25,560 nucleotides of DNA from a virus (taxonomy: Duplodnaviria > Caudoviricetes). The DNA is taken from positions 1 to 25,560 of the IMG/VR virus record IMGVR_UViG_3300037462_000126; one strand, given 5' to 3'. The position numbers and the translations under genes are program-made. Under the pieces are notes generated by a model. It searched no databases. It saw only the letters and a list, made by a program, of their open reading frames with translations, and was not told the DNA's origin. Positions 1-7,625 of this stretch are shown here, in pieces; position 1 is the first letter of the stretch, and each line of letters opens with the position of its first letter.

Positions 1-11
1 AAGCAGCCGGC

Positions 12-1823
12 GTGCCGGCCAATGACGCCGCCGCGCCGGCCGAAGGCGCCAGCGCGGCACCGGCCGCGCCGCCAGCTGGACGCGGCGCCGATGGCCGGCG
101 CATCGCCCGCGTGCTGGACTGGCCAGAAGATATGCCGGTTGAGCCGCTGGGCCAAAACGGCGCGACTTACTATTACCTGGACGCGGCCCGCCAGCTGCAC
201 GCGCTGCACAGCGAAAAGCATGGCCGGGCCAATATCTTCATGCTGTTTGGCAAGCGCGCGGATGCACTGCTGCGGCATTGGGGCAAGCGCAATGCCGAAG
301 GCGAATTGACCGATGGCTTCCACGCCGACCGCGTGGCCAATGCGCTGATGCACCGCTGTGCCAGCCTGGGCATCATCGATCCGCTGACACAGGTGCGCGG
401 CCCCGGCGCCTGGGCCGATGCCGCCGGCAACCTGGTGCTGCACCTGGGCGATGTGGTGTGGACAGGCGGGCGCTTTCTGCCGGCCGGCCGCATCGATGGC
501 CTGATCTATCCGGCCATGGCGCCGACCATGCGCCCGGCCGAAGCCAGCCCCGGCAGCGATGCCGGCGCCGAAATCCTGGGCATGGTGCGCAGCTGGCACT
601 GGCAGGACGGGCTGCACCCGGTGCTGGTGCTGGGCTGGATTGCGCAGGGCTTTGTGGCGGGCGCGCTGAAATGGCGATCCCACATCATCTGCGACGGCCC
701 GCGCGGCAGCGGCAAATCCACATTGATGGACCTTATCAAGGGCTTGATGCACAAGGGCTGGATGGTGACGGCCAGCGATGTAAGCCCGGCCTTTGTTTAC
801 CAGAAAATGCAGACGCGGGCGCAGCCGGTCTATTTTGACGAGTTTGAAGGCGGCGGCGACCCGCGCCGCAAGGAAGCCGTGTTGACGATCCTGCGCCAGG
901 CATCCAGCGGCGGCATGGTGGGGCGCGGCGGCGACGACCACAAGAGCCACGAATTCCCGGTGCAGTTTCCGGCCATGCTTTCCAGCATCATCCCGGTGAA
1001 CCTGCCCAGCCAGGACGAAAGCCGCATGGCGCGGGTGCAGCTGCTGCCGCTGGAAGATCGCAGCCTGGACCATGAAACCCGGCTGCCCGATCTATCCCCT
1101 GCCCGGCTGACCCGGCTTGGCTGCGCGCTGATGCGGCGCATGATGGACCAGTGGCACCGCTGGCCGGCCACGCTGGCCGCCTACAAGCGCGCGCTGGAAG
1201 AACACGCCGGCTTTGAGGCGCGGCTGCAAGACACCTACGGCACGCTTTTGGCGTGCGCGGATCTGGCGCTGTATGACAGCCTGCCATCGGCCGACGAGAT
1301 TGCCGACAAGGCGCGCGCCCTGCTGGCCATGCTGGCGCCGCAGCTGGCGGAAAGCGAGCGCGATCAAGACCGCTGCCTCATGCACCTTTTGCAATCGACG
1401 ATTGACCGTGGCCAGGGCGCGCGGCGCACCGTGGCGGGATGGCTGCGGCAGACCGCCGCCTTTGATGCCGATGGCAATGTGGACACGGCCAAGCGGCGCG
1501 AGGCGCGCGAGGCGCTGGCCACTGTGGGGCTGCGGCCCGTGGTGGAAATCAGCGACCGGCCGGGCGCCGAGCGCGGCGACCGCACATTGCTGGCGGCCGA
1601 CGCGCGCGCGCTGATGGTGGCCAATGATCATCCCGGCCTTGCGCGGATTTTCAACGATACGCCGTGGCCAGGAAAGGCTGGCACGGCCGGCGCCTGGGTG
1701 ACGGCGCTGCGGCGCTGCAACGGCGCCAGGGCGACCGACAAGCCGATGAAGGTGGGCAACATCGCCAAGCGCGGCACCATCGTGCCGGTGGCGCAGGTGA
1801 TGGATTGGGATGACGCGGGGTGA
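12..1823 (+). CDS. Phage replication P-loop NTPase, helicase part of a primase/helicase-type protein; probably 5'-truncated by the window edge
   Basis: Walker A GPRGSGKS, Walker B VYFDE, downstream DESR arginine-finger-like motif; frame is open back to the window start; high-GC3 codon usage; iteron-like region about 1.8 kb downstream. Confidence 0.8.
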   Translation: MPANDAAAPAEGASAAPAAPPAGRGADGRRIARVLDWPEDMPVEPLGQNGATYYYLDAARQLHALHSEKHGRANIFMLFGKRADALLRHWGKRNAEGELTDGFHADRVANALMHRCASLGIIDPLTQVRGPGAWADAAGNLVLHLGDVVWTGGRFLPAGRIDGLIYPAMAPTMRPAEASPGSDAGAEILGMVRSWHWQDGLHPVLVLGWIAQGFVAGALKWRSHIICDGPRGSGKSTLMDLIKGLMHKGWMVTASDVSPAFVYQKMQTRAQPVYFDEFEGGGDPRRKEAVLTILRQASSGGMVGRGGDDHKSHEFPVQFPAMLSSIIPVNLPSQDESRMARVQLLPLEDRSLDHETRLPDLSPARLTRLGCALMRRMMDQWHRWPATLAAYKRALEEHAGFEARLQDTYGTLLACADLALYDSLPSADEIADKARALLAMLAPQLAESERDQDRCLMHLLQSTIDRGQGARRTVAGWLRQTAAFDADGNVDTAKRREAREALATVGLRPVVEISDRPGAERGDRTLLAADARALMVANDHPGLARIFNDTPWPGKAGTAGAWVTALRRCNGARATDKPMKVGNIAKRGTIVPVAQVMDWDDAG

Positions 1824-1853
1824 GGCGTTGCCTGGCCTTTCCCCGCGCCATGG

Positions 1854-1887
1854 CGCGGCCAGCTGCGGGGGCGGCTGGCCGCGTTTC
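1854..1887 (+). terminator. Terminator-like hairpin between the convergent helicase gene and accessory operon
   Basis: 13-bp stem CGCGGCCAGCTGC / GCGGCTGGCCGCG (one G-U pair), GGGG loop, followed only by a short TTTC. Confidence 0.5.
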
Positions 1888-1891
1888 ATGG

Positions 1892-2239
1892 CTAGAGCAG
1901 GACCAGCTGGCCCACATCGCCGGCCACGACGCGGCGGGCCAGATCGAGACGGGCGGGCGCGTGGAAGCGATGGCTGGCCAGCACAGCGGCGGCCAGCTGG
2001 CGATCCGCGACAATCAGGGCGACCAGGGCGGCATCAACCCGCGCGCCCTCGCCATGCTCAAAGCAGTTATCCGCGGCCCGCGTGCCCAGCGGCGGCACCG
2101 CCTCGCCATCGGGCATGGCGAACCGGCCGCCGGCCGCCTGGAAGCGCACCAGATCGGCGAACAGCCGGGCGCGGCGGCAGGGGCTTTGGTGCAGGCTGGC
2201 GCGGTGCACGGCATCGTAGCTGCTGGCGGTGATGCGCAT
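1892..2239 (-). CDS. Hypothetical protein (115 aa), last gene of the accessory operon
   Basis: GGAGG RBS embedded in the upstream gene's end (GGAGGGCTAAGCCATG); operon arrangement. Confidence 0.6.
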   Translation of the reverse strand: MRITASSYDAVHRASLHQSPCRRARLFADLVRFQAAGGRFAMPDGEAVPPLGTRAADNCFEHGEGARVDAALVALIVADRQLAAAVLASHRFHAPARLDLARRVVAGDVGQLVLL

Positions 2240-2465
2240 GGCTTAGCCCTCCCCACCGCTGTGCCAGGCCAGCAGCAGGGCAGCGCCCGCAAACAGACCC
2301 GACGCCATGGCCAAGACAAGCCCCAGCCCGCACAAGGCCGGGCTGGCGCCATCGGCGGCGATTTCGGTGAAGGCATGGCAGGCGCCCAGCAGGCAGCCGG
2401 CAAACAGGCATTGCGCAGCGCCCAGCAGGGCGAGGCGGTGACGGGTGCGCATGGCTTAGCCCTCC
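2233..2465. repeat. Exact 20-bp direct repeat TGCGCATGGCTTAGCCCTCC at 2233-2252 and 2446-2465
   Basis: Read directly; on the minus strand it is GGAGGGC-TAA-GCC-ATG-CGC-A, i.e. RBS + stop + start; the two copies flank the 69-aa ORF. Confidence 0.9.
2243..2452 (-). CDS. Small membrane protein (69 aa, two hydrophobic segments)
   Basis: GGAGG RBS; hydrophobic stretches LALLGAAQCLFAGCLLGAC and ALCGLGLVLAMASGLFAGAALLLAW. Confidence 0.65.
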   Translation of the reverse strand: MRTRHRLALLGAAQCLFAGCLLGACHAFTEIAADGASPALCGLGLVLAMASGLFAGAALLLAWHSGGEG

Positions 2466-2620
2466 ACATTCAGGCTGGCGGCATCGGCGGTGAGGATTTC
2501 GGCGCACTGCAGCAGGCGCACCAGTTCGGCCGCCCATGCGGCGGCTTCCCGGTGCTTGCCGCACATCTTGAAGGCGATGGCCTTGGCCAGAGCGCGGGCG
2601 GTGGCGGAACGATCAATCAT
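2456..2620 (-). CDS. Small helical hypothetical protein (54 aa, MIDRSATARALAKAIAFKMCGKHREAAAWAAELVRLLQCAEILTADAASLNVEG); not in the ORF track
   Basis: Translated by hand; GAAAGG RBS upstream of the ATG at 2620; typical codon usage; stop lies within the 20-bp junction repeat. Confidence 0.7.
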   Translation of the reverse strand: MIDRSATARALAKAIAFKMCGKHREAAAWAAELVRLLQCAEILTADAASLNVEG

Positions 2621-2683
2621 GGCGGGAACCTTTCAGCAGGGGCGCCCGGCCGGCCGTGGGCCATGCCGGGCGCGATGGCGGTT

Positions 2684-3526
2684 TCAGGCGGTGGCCTTGA
2701 TGGCCTGCATTTCCTGGGCCAGCGTCCACAGGGCGCGGTTGAGGCCGACATTCTGATCAATGCCATTGATGGCGCGGGTGCTGGCGCGGCGGATGCGCCC
2801 GCGTTCATCCTGCTTGCGGCCGATCAAGCCGCCCCGGATGATGTTTTCCTGCACGACGTTGAGCGTTTCCCACAGGCCCGGCCCGGCATCTTCCCGGCGG
2901 CGCGGGCGCAGCAGCTGGGCGGCGGTGACGGGGGGCTGATCCTCCCCATAGCGGGCGACCAGGGCGGCGCGGGCAAAGGCGCCCTGTTCCGGCGGCGAGA
3001 GGCGCAGCGCCTTCATTTCGGCCGCCGCATCGATCAGGCGGGGGAAATCCTGGGCGACCGTGTAGGCGCCTTCGATAATCTGATCCTGAATGTTGCCCTT
3101 GTGGGGCACGCGGACTTCTTCAAACTTGCTGCCGGCAATCAGGCTATTCGTGCACACGAAGCGGATCAGGCCGGCAAACATCTGATAGCTGCTGCTGCCG
3201 TTGTGGCTGTTGACGATCACGACTTCCGCGGCTTCCTGGGCGTTGATATCCCCCACCCGGCGAAGGCGCAGCATGTGCTTGGTGTGGCCGATCTGGCCGG
3301 CATCGCGGCTGCGGGATTGCGCGGCAAAGAAGGGCTGCCAGCCTTCGCGGCGCAGGCCATCCACCAGCTTGATGGTGGGCACATAGACATAGCGGCTGCT
3401 GCGGCTTTCGTGCGCATCATCGGCGAAGATCGACGGGCAGACGGCGCGCAGCTGGGCATCTTCCAGCGGGGTGCGGCTGCTGATGGCGAGATGACCGCGA
3501 CCGAAACGGGTGGCGAGAGTGTGCAT
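2684..3526 (-). CDS. DUF932 (YafZ/YfjQ-like) family protein, 280 aa
   Basis: Family-typical motifs PSIFA..AHESRSSRY.YVPT, HTKHMLRLRR, NSHNGSSSYQMFAGLIRFVCTN, INGIDQNVGLNRALW; start moved to ATG 3526, which has an AGAAAGG RBS. Confidence 0.9.
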   Translation of the reverse strand: MHTLATRFGRGHLAISSRTPLEDAQLRAVCPSIFADDAHESRSSRYVYVPTIKLVDGLRREGWQPFFAAQSRSRDAGQIGHTKHMLRLRRVGDINAQEAAEVVIVNSHNGSSSYQMFAGLIRFVCTNSLIAGSKFEEVRVPHKGNIQDQIIEGAYTVAQDFPRLIDAAAEMKALRLSPPEQGAFARAALVARYGEDQPPVTAAQLLRPRRREDAGPGLWETLNVVQENIIRGGLIGRKQDERGRIRRASTRAINGIDQNVGLNRALWTLAQEMQAIKATA

Positions 3527-3573
3527 GTGAGGCCCTTTCTGACCATAAGGCGCCTTGCCCAACTGCCCGGCGC

Positions 3574-3612
3574 CTGTCCTAATCTTAGGACAGAAGCGGG
3601 CGCGCTTGTCAA
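3574..3612 (-). promoter_or_regulatory. Candidate sigma70 promoter of the DUF932 operon with an overlapping palindromic operator
   Basis: Minus-strand TTGACA (3612-3607), 17 nt, then CCTAAGAT; perfect inverted repeat CTGTCCTAA-TC-TTAGGACAG (3574-3593) covers the -10 region. Confidence 0.65.
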
Positions 3613-3645
3613 GCCCGCCCGCGCCCATTATTTTGCCCCGCGCCC

Positions 3646-3941
3646 CAGCCCTTTGATTTCTATCATGAATTGGCGTGGCGACGGGCGGTTACGCGGTTAC
3701 GCGGCGGTTACGCTGGCCGTAACGCCTAAGCCATTGAAGGCGAAGGCAGGTTACGCGGTTACGGTCTTGCGGGCGCGCGCGCGTGTAGCGCGGCGAGGGG
3801 ATGGGGGGGGAGTGTGCCCTTCACGCGCGCGCGCGGCGCGTAACCATGTAACCAACAACCAACAAAGGGGGATTAACCTTTATATATCAGGGGGTTGGCG
3901 CGGTTACGAAGGCGGTTACACTGTGGTTACGCTGTGTAACC
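3646..3941. repeat. Iteron-like GGTTAC/GTAACC cluster with IHF-like sites; putative replication origin
   Basis: GGTTAC at 3687, 3695, 3706, 3749, 3757, 3902, 3914, 3925; GTAACC at 3840, 3848, 3936; GTAAC at 3719; AT-rich patches; near-consensus YAANNNNTTGATW at 3646, 3727 and (reverse) 3885. Confidence 0.7.
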
Positions 3942-3995
3942 GGCGGCGGGCGCCTGGTGGCCGGCCGGCGCGGATCGATAAAATAGGGGGCGGAT

Positions 3996-4538
3996 ATGGC
4001 CGCGCCGCGTGATGGCATCGCGGCGGTGGTGGCGGATGCCATCGACCAGGCCGGGCCGCCGCCGGCGCCGCAGCCGCTGCTGCCGCTGCTGGATGCCCAC
4101 GAGATCGAGGCGGCGCGCGACCAGGGCGCCAGCATCGGTAAGGCGGTGGCCGAGCAGGCGCGGCGGCCGGGCCGGCCGCGCGGGGCGCTGAACAAGCGCA
4201 CGGCGGCCTTTCGCGAGGCGATCCTTGCCCGATATGCGCACCCGGCCGAGGCGCTGGCAGCGGCCTACAGCCGGCCGGTGGACACGCTGGCGGCCGAATT
4301 GGGCTGCACGAAGCTGGAAGCCTTCGGGCTGCAAATCCGGGCCGCTGGCGAGCTGCTGCCCTACATCGAGAGCAAGATGCCGGTGGCGGTGGGCGTGCAG
4401 GCCGAGGGGCAAATTCGGTTTGTGCTGGCGGCCGACAATGGCGCCCAGGTGATCGATGGTGGGCAGCTGACCGGGCTGGACGCGCTGGCTATGGGCATCG
4501 GCCAAGCCATTGAAATTGCAGCAGGTGAAGGCGAATGA
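3996..4538 (+). CDS. terS: Probable terminase small subunit (180 aa)
   Basis: GRPRGALNKRT motif, IRAAGELLPYIESK helix, position upstream of terL, AGGGGG RBS. Confidence 0.7.
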   Translation: MAAPRDGIAAVVADAIDQAGPPPAPQPLLPLLDAHEIEAARDQGASIGKAVAEQARRPGRPRGALNKRTAAFREAILARYAHPAEALAAAYSRPVDTLAAELGCTKLEAFGLQIRAAGELLPYIESKMPVAVGVQAEGQIRFVLAADNGAQVIDGGQLTGLDALAMGIGQAIEIAAGEGE

Positions 4539-4933
4539 TCGGCCGCGACGAACAGGCGCCGATGAACGGCACGCGCCAAGCCGCTGGAATTGCTGCGCAA
4601 TCGGCGCCGCGCCGTCAGCTTTCCCGGTTGACGGGCGCGGCGCTGGCCGGCGGCAGCAGCTGGGCGGCAGCGGGCGCGGATCGGCGCGGCGGCCGGGCAG
4701 GCGCGGCGGCGGCCGACGGGGGGCGCCCCCCCCAACGCGCGCGCGCTCTCATGCTCGGCATCGGCACAGGGTGCACAAAATTCTGGGGCAAAATGGCCCA
4801 AACGCGAAAAAAAGACGGTCCCGGCCGGGTGGGGCGGGGCAGCGCCGGCGGGCGCGGGATCGGGCGCGGGACAGGGCACGCGATTGGGCCAAGCCCGCAG
4901 CATGGGCACGGGTGCCGGGCGGTGCGGCCATGA
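4535..4933 (+). CDS. Possible low-complexity 132-aa ORF bridging terS and terL (may be non-coding packaging region)
   Basis: ATGA overlap with the terS stop at 4535-4538 and with the terL start at 4930-4933; the protein itself is Gly/Arg/Ala-rich and unconvincing. Confidence 0.25.
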   Translation: MIGRDEQAPMNGTRQAAGIAAQSAPRRQLSRLTGAALAGGSSWAAAGADRRGGRAGAAAADGGRPPQRARALMLGIGTGCTKFWGKMAQTRKKDGPGRVGRGSAGGRGIGRGTGHAIGPSPQHGHGCRAVRP

Positions 4934-6426
4934 GCGGGTTCGAAATCGTTACCAACTGGAAGGCGCCGGGGCCGGTGGCCGCTGCCTTCTGCAACACGAC
5001 GGCCTTTGTGGCGGGCATCATGGGGCCGGTGGGCAGCGCCAAGACCACCACGGCCCTGGTGCGCATCCTGAAAGCGGCGGCGGCGCAGCGGCCCAGCCCG
5101 ATTGACGGCGTGCGGCGATGCCGGGCGCTGGTGCTGCGCGACACGTTTGTGACCCTGAAACGCACGGTGCTGAACACCTGGCACAGCTGGTTTCCCAAGA
5201 CGGTTGGCCAGTGGGTGGAAGGCCCGCCGGCCCGCCACACGCTGATGCTGGTGCACCCGCTCGACGGCGGCCCGGTGGAATTGATCGTGGATTTCATGGG
5301 GATCGGTGATGACAGCGTGGAAAACCTGCTGCGATCCTATGAACCGACCGTGTTCTATGTGAACGAGGCCGACCTGTTGAGCTTTGACGTGCTGGCGTTC
5401 CTGGTGCAGCGCGTGGGCCGCTATCCTTCTCGAATTCATGGCGGGCCGACCTATTACGGTGGGTGGCTGGATTTCAACGCGCCCGAACAGGATCACTGGC
5501 TGCACGAATTGTTTGTGGAAAACATCATTCCTGGCAGCAACGGCAAGCCTGCCAAAGGATATGAATTCTTCAAGCAGCCGGGCGGGCTGGAGCCGAATGC
5601 TGAAAATCGGGCCAATTTGCCAGCGACGTATTACGAGAAGATTATTGAAAATCAGCCAGAGTGGCTGGTGCGCCGCATGGTGCACAATGAGTGGGGCTAT
5701 AGCCGCGACGGCAAGCCGGTTTACATGGACTTCAACGACAAGCTGCATGTGCGGCCGGGCCTGAAACCGATCAAGGGCATTCCCATTGGCATCGGCGCCG
5801 ATGCCGGGGGCACGCCGGCCGCCACCTTTGGCCAATGGCTGCCGGGCGATGTGTGGCATGTGCTGGCCGAAGTGGTGACGGGCCCGAATGTGGGCGTAAC
5901 GCGCTTTGGTGAAATGATCCTGGAAGTGCTGGCGCGCGACTTCGAGGGGTGGCCGGTGCGCGATTGCTATGGCTGGATCGATCCATCGGCGGCCTATGGC
6001 GGCGACGAGGAAGGCAATGATCCGGCGTTCCTCGACAAGCTGAGGCGTGTGACAAAAATCCCGTTCCGGCCCACCGCCACCAACAATCCGCGAATGCGGC
6101 AGGAGGCGGTGCGCAAGCAGCTGCGGCGCCTGGTCGATGGCAAGCCGGCTTTCCTGCTTTCGGACAAGTGCAAGGTGCTGCGCAAGGCGATGAACAGCGC
6201 CTATCGCTACAAGCAGCTGCGCGGGATCGGCAACGCCGGCCGCCATGACACGAAGCCCGAAAAGAACGAACACAGCCACGTGGCCGAGAGCGCGGAATAT
6301 CTGCTGCTGGGCGGCGGCCTGGGCATGGCCGGCGTGATGGGCACGGCCAGCATGAGGGGCGTCATGGGACCACTGGGCGGCGCCATGGCGACGGCGGACA
6401 ATGATTATTCCATCTTTGGAGACTGA
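4930..6426 (+). CDS. terL: Terminase large subunit (498 aa)
   Basis: Walker A GPVGSAKTT, Walker B-like FYVNEA, DFNAP coupling motif, RNase H-like nuclease IGADAGGTPA and C-terminal KNEHSHVAESAEY; start taken at ATG 4930. Confidence 0.92.
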   Translation: MSGFEIVTNWKAPGPVAAAFCNTTAFVAGIMGPVGSAKTTTALVRILKAAAAQRPSPIDGVRRCRALVLRDTFVTLKRTVLNTWHSWFPKTVGQWVEGPPARHTLMLVHPLDGGPVELIVDFMGIGDDSVENLLRSYEPTVFYVNEADLLSFDVLAFLVQRVGRYPSRIHGGPTYYGGWLDFNAPEQDHWLHELFVENIIPGSNGKPAKGYEFFKQPGGLEPNAENRANLPATYYEKIIENQPEWLVRRMVHNEWGYSRDGKPVYMDFNDKLHVRPGLKPIKGIPIGIGADAGGTPAATFGQWLPGDVWHVLAEVVTGPNVGVTRFGEMILEVLARDFEGWPVRDCYGWIDPSAAYGGDEEGNDPAFLDKLRRVTKIPFRPTATNNPRMRQEAVRKQLRRLVDGKPAFLLSDKCKVLRKAMNSAYRYKQLRGIGNAGRHDTKPEKNEHSHVAESAEYLLLGGGLGMAGVMGTASMRGVMGPLGGAMATADNDYSIFGD

Positions 6427-6430
6427 TGAC

Positions 6431-6691
6431 ATGGCGGTGAAACTGGCAGCACTTCCAATGATCCTGGGCGCAACGGCCATCGGCGCGACCACGGCGGCGC
6501 TGCCGGCGTTGCTGGCCAAGAAACCCAAAGGCCCGACAATTGCGCCGCCGGTGACGCGCGATGATGCGTTGGAAGCGGCGCGCCGCGATGACGAGCTGCG
6601 GCGGCGCACCGGATCTGCGGCCAACATCATTGTTCCCGATGGCGCGGGCGAGGCCAGCACCGCCAGCGCCAAAACCTTGCTGGGCGAGTGA
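6431..6691 (+). CDS. Small virion-associated protein (86 aa) of the type that normally precedes the portal gene
   Basis: GGAG RBS; Pro/Lys linker, RRRTGSAANII and C-terminal KTLLG motif typical of pre-portal proteins in T7/BPP-1-like modules. Confidence 0.7.
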   Translation: MAVKLAALPMILGATAIGATTAALPALLAKKPKGPTIAPPVTRDDALEAARRDDELRRRTGSAANIIVPDGAGEASTASAKTLLGE

Positions 6692-6702
6692 AAGGACCAA
6701 CG

Positions 6703-7260
6703 ATGACGAGGAACCAAGACCAGGCGGCGGCCGAGGCGGAAGCCAAGGCCAAGGCCGAAGCGGAGGCCAAGGCGGAGGCCGAGGCGGTGGCGGCCGACGC
6801 GGAAGCCAAGGCCAAGGCGGAGGCCGAAACCCTGCTGGAAGCCACGGAAATCGCCGAAAAAGGCCCGCTGATGCTGGCCAGCGGCATTGCCGAGGCCGAT
6901 GCCGAAACCCTGTGGCAAGCCCCGTTGCGGCGGGCCTTCGTGACGCTGCACGGCACGGCTGTGCTGATCTTTGGTTCTGGCAGCAGCGACGGCAGCACTA
7001 CGGTTTACGCCGTGCCCGGCGCGCCGGTGCTGGACGTGAGCGGGCCGCAGTTCGCTTATGTGAACGAGCGCCTGGTGTGGAACGGCAAGGCCGAGCTGGT
7101 GGGCGGCCCCGCGCTGGGCCTTGGCCGCAGCGTTACGCATGTGGCGCTGGCCGATGGCCCGGATGGGCCGGTGCGGGCCGTGGCGCCGCTGGGCGCGCCG
7201 ATCCATTGGCGGCCGGGTGAAGCCTTTGGCTTTGGCCCTGGCGCCTTCGTGTTCGCTTGA
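6703..7260 (+). CDS. Hypothetical protein (185 aa) with N-terminal AEAEAKAK repeats and a beta-rich C-terminus
   Basis: AAAGGA RBS before ATG 6703; strong codon bias; sits in the late operon. Confidence 0.75.
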   Translation: MTRNQDQAAAEAEAKAKAEAEAKAEAEAVAADAEAKAKAEAETLLEATEIAEKGPLMLASGIAEADAETLWQAPLRRAFVTLHGTAVLIFGSGSSDGSTTVYAVPGAPVLDVSGPQFAYVNERLVWNGKAELVGGPALGLGRSVTHVALADGPDGPVRAVAPLGAPIHWRPGEAFGFGPGAFVFA

Positions 7261-7270
7261 GGAGGCAGAC

Positions 7271-7615
7271 ATGAGTGAAATTCGGATTGAGCAATTCCCC
7301 GGCGCCGGCACCGATGGCCGCGAAACCGTGCAGATGCCGGTGCTGGACTTGACGGCGGATTGCCTGACCGTGGCCAGCGGTGCCGCCGCCGCTGCGAGCG
7401 CTCCGCTGGACCCCAAGACGCGCGTGATCGGCATTCGCGCCAGCGCCGGGCCGGTGGCGGTGCGCATCGGCAGCGGCAATGCCGCCGCCGTGGCGGGCCA
7501 GCTGGCGACGGCGGCGGCCGGGGCATCGGTGAACCAGGACGAATATCGGTTCTTTGCCGTGCCGCCCGCGCTGCACGGCAAAGCCGATGTGCGCGTGGCC
7601 GTGATCGACCGATAG
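7271..7615 (+). CDS. Small beta-rich structural protein (114 aa), candidate head-spike/fibre base
   Basis: GGAGG RBS before ATG 7271; beta-strand pattern RVIGIRA..PVAVRIG..EYRFFAV; directly precedes the fibre-like gene. Confidence 0.7.
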   Translation: MSEIRIEQFPGAGTDGRETVQMPVLDLTADCLTVASGAAAAASAPLDPKTRVIGIRASAGPVAVRIGSGNAAAVAGQLATAAAGASVNQDEYRFFAVPPALHGKADVRVAVIDR

Positions 7616-7625
7616 GGGGCAGGCC

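Noticed and set aside
1092-1889. 265-aa minus ORF starting just after the accessory operon (TAG-CC-ATG)
   Set aside because: Almost wholly antisense to the helicase gene, crosses the terminator hairpin, and has no RBS
3687-3941. GGTTAC repeats as a CRISPR array
   Set aside because: Repeats are only 6-8 bp, in mixed orientation and irregularly spaced; no cas genes
1820-4012. 730-aa plus-strand ORF starting at the helicase stop
   Set aside because: It is the antisense shadow of four minus-strand genes that share one frame, and it runs through the iteron region; no recognisable motifs
4510-4929. Longer N-terminal extensions given by the ORF track (terL 4510, DUF932 3628, portal 10069, 7121, 12110, 18681)
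   Set aside because: The extensions are low-complexity or overlap upstream genes; downstream starts have RBSs or stop-start coupling
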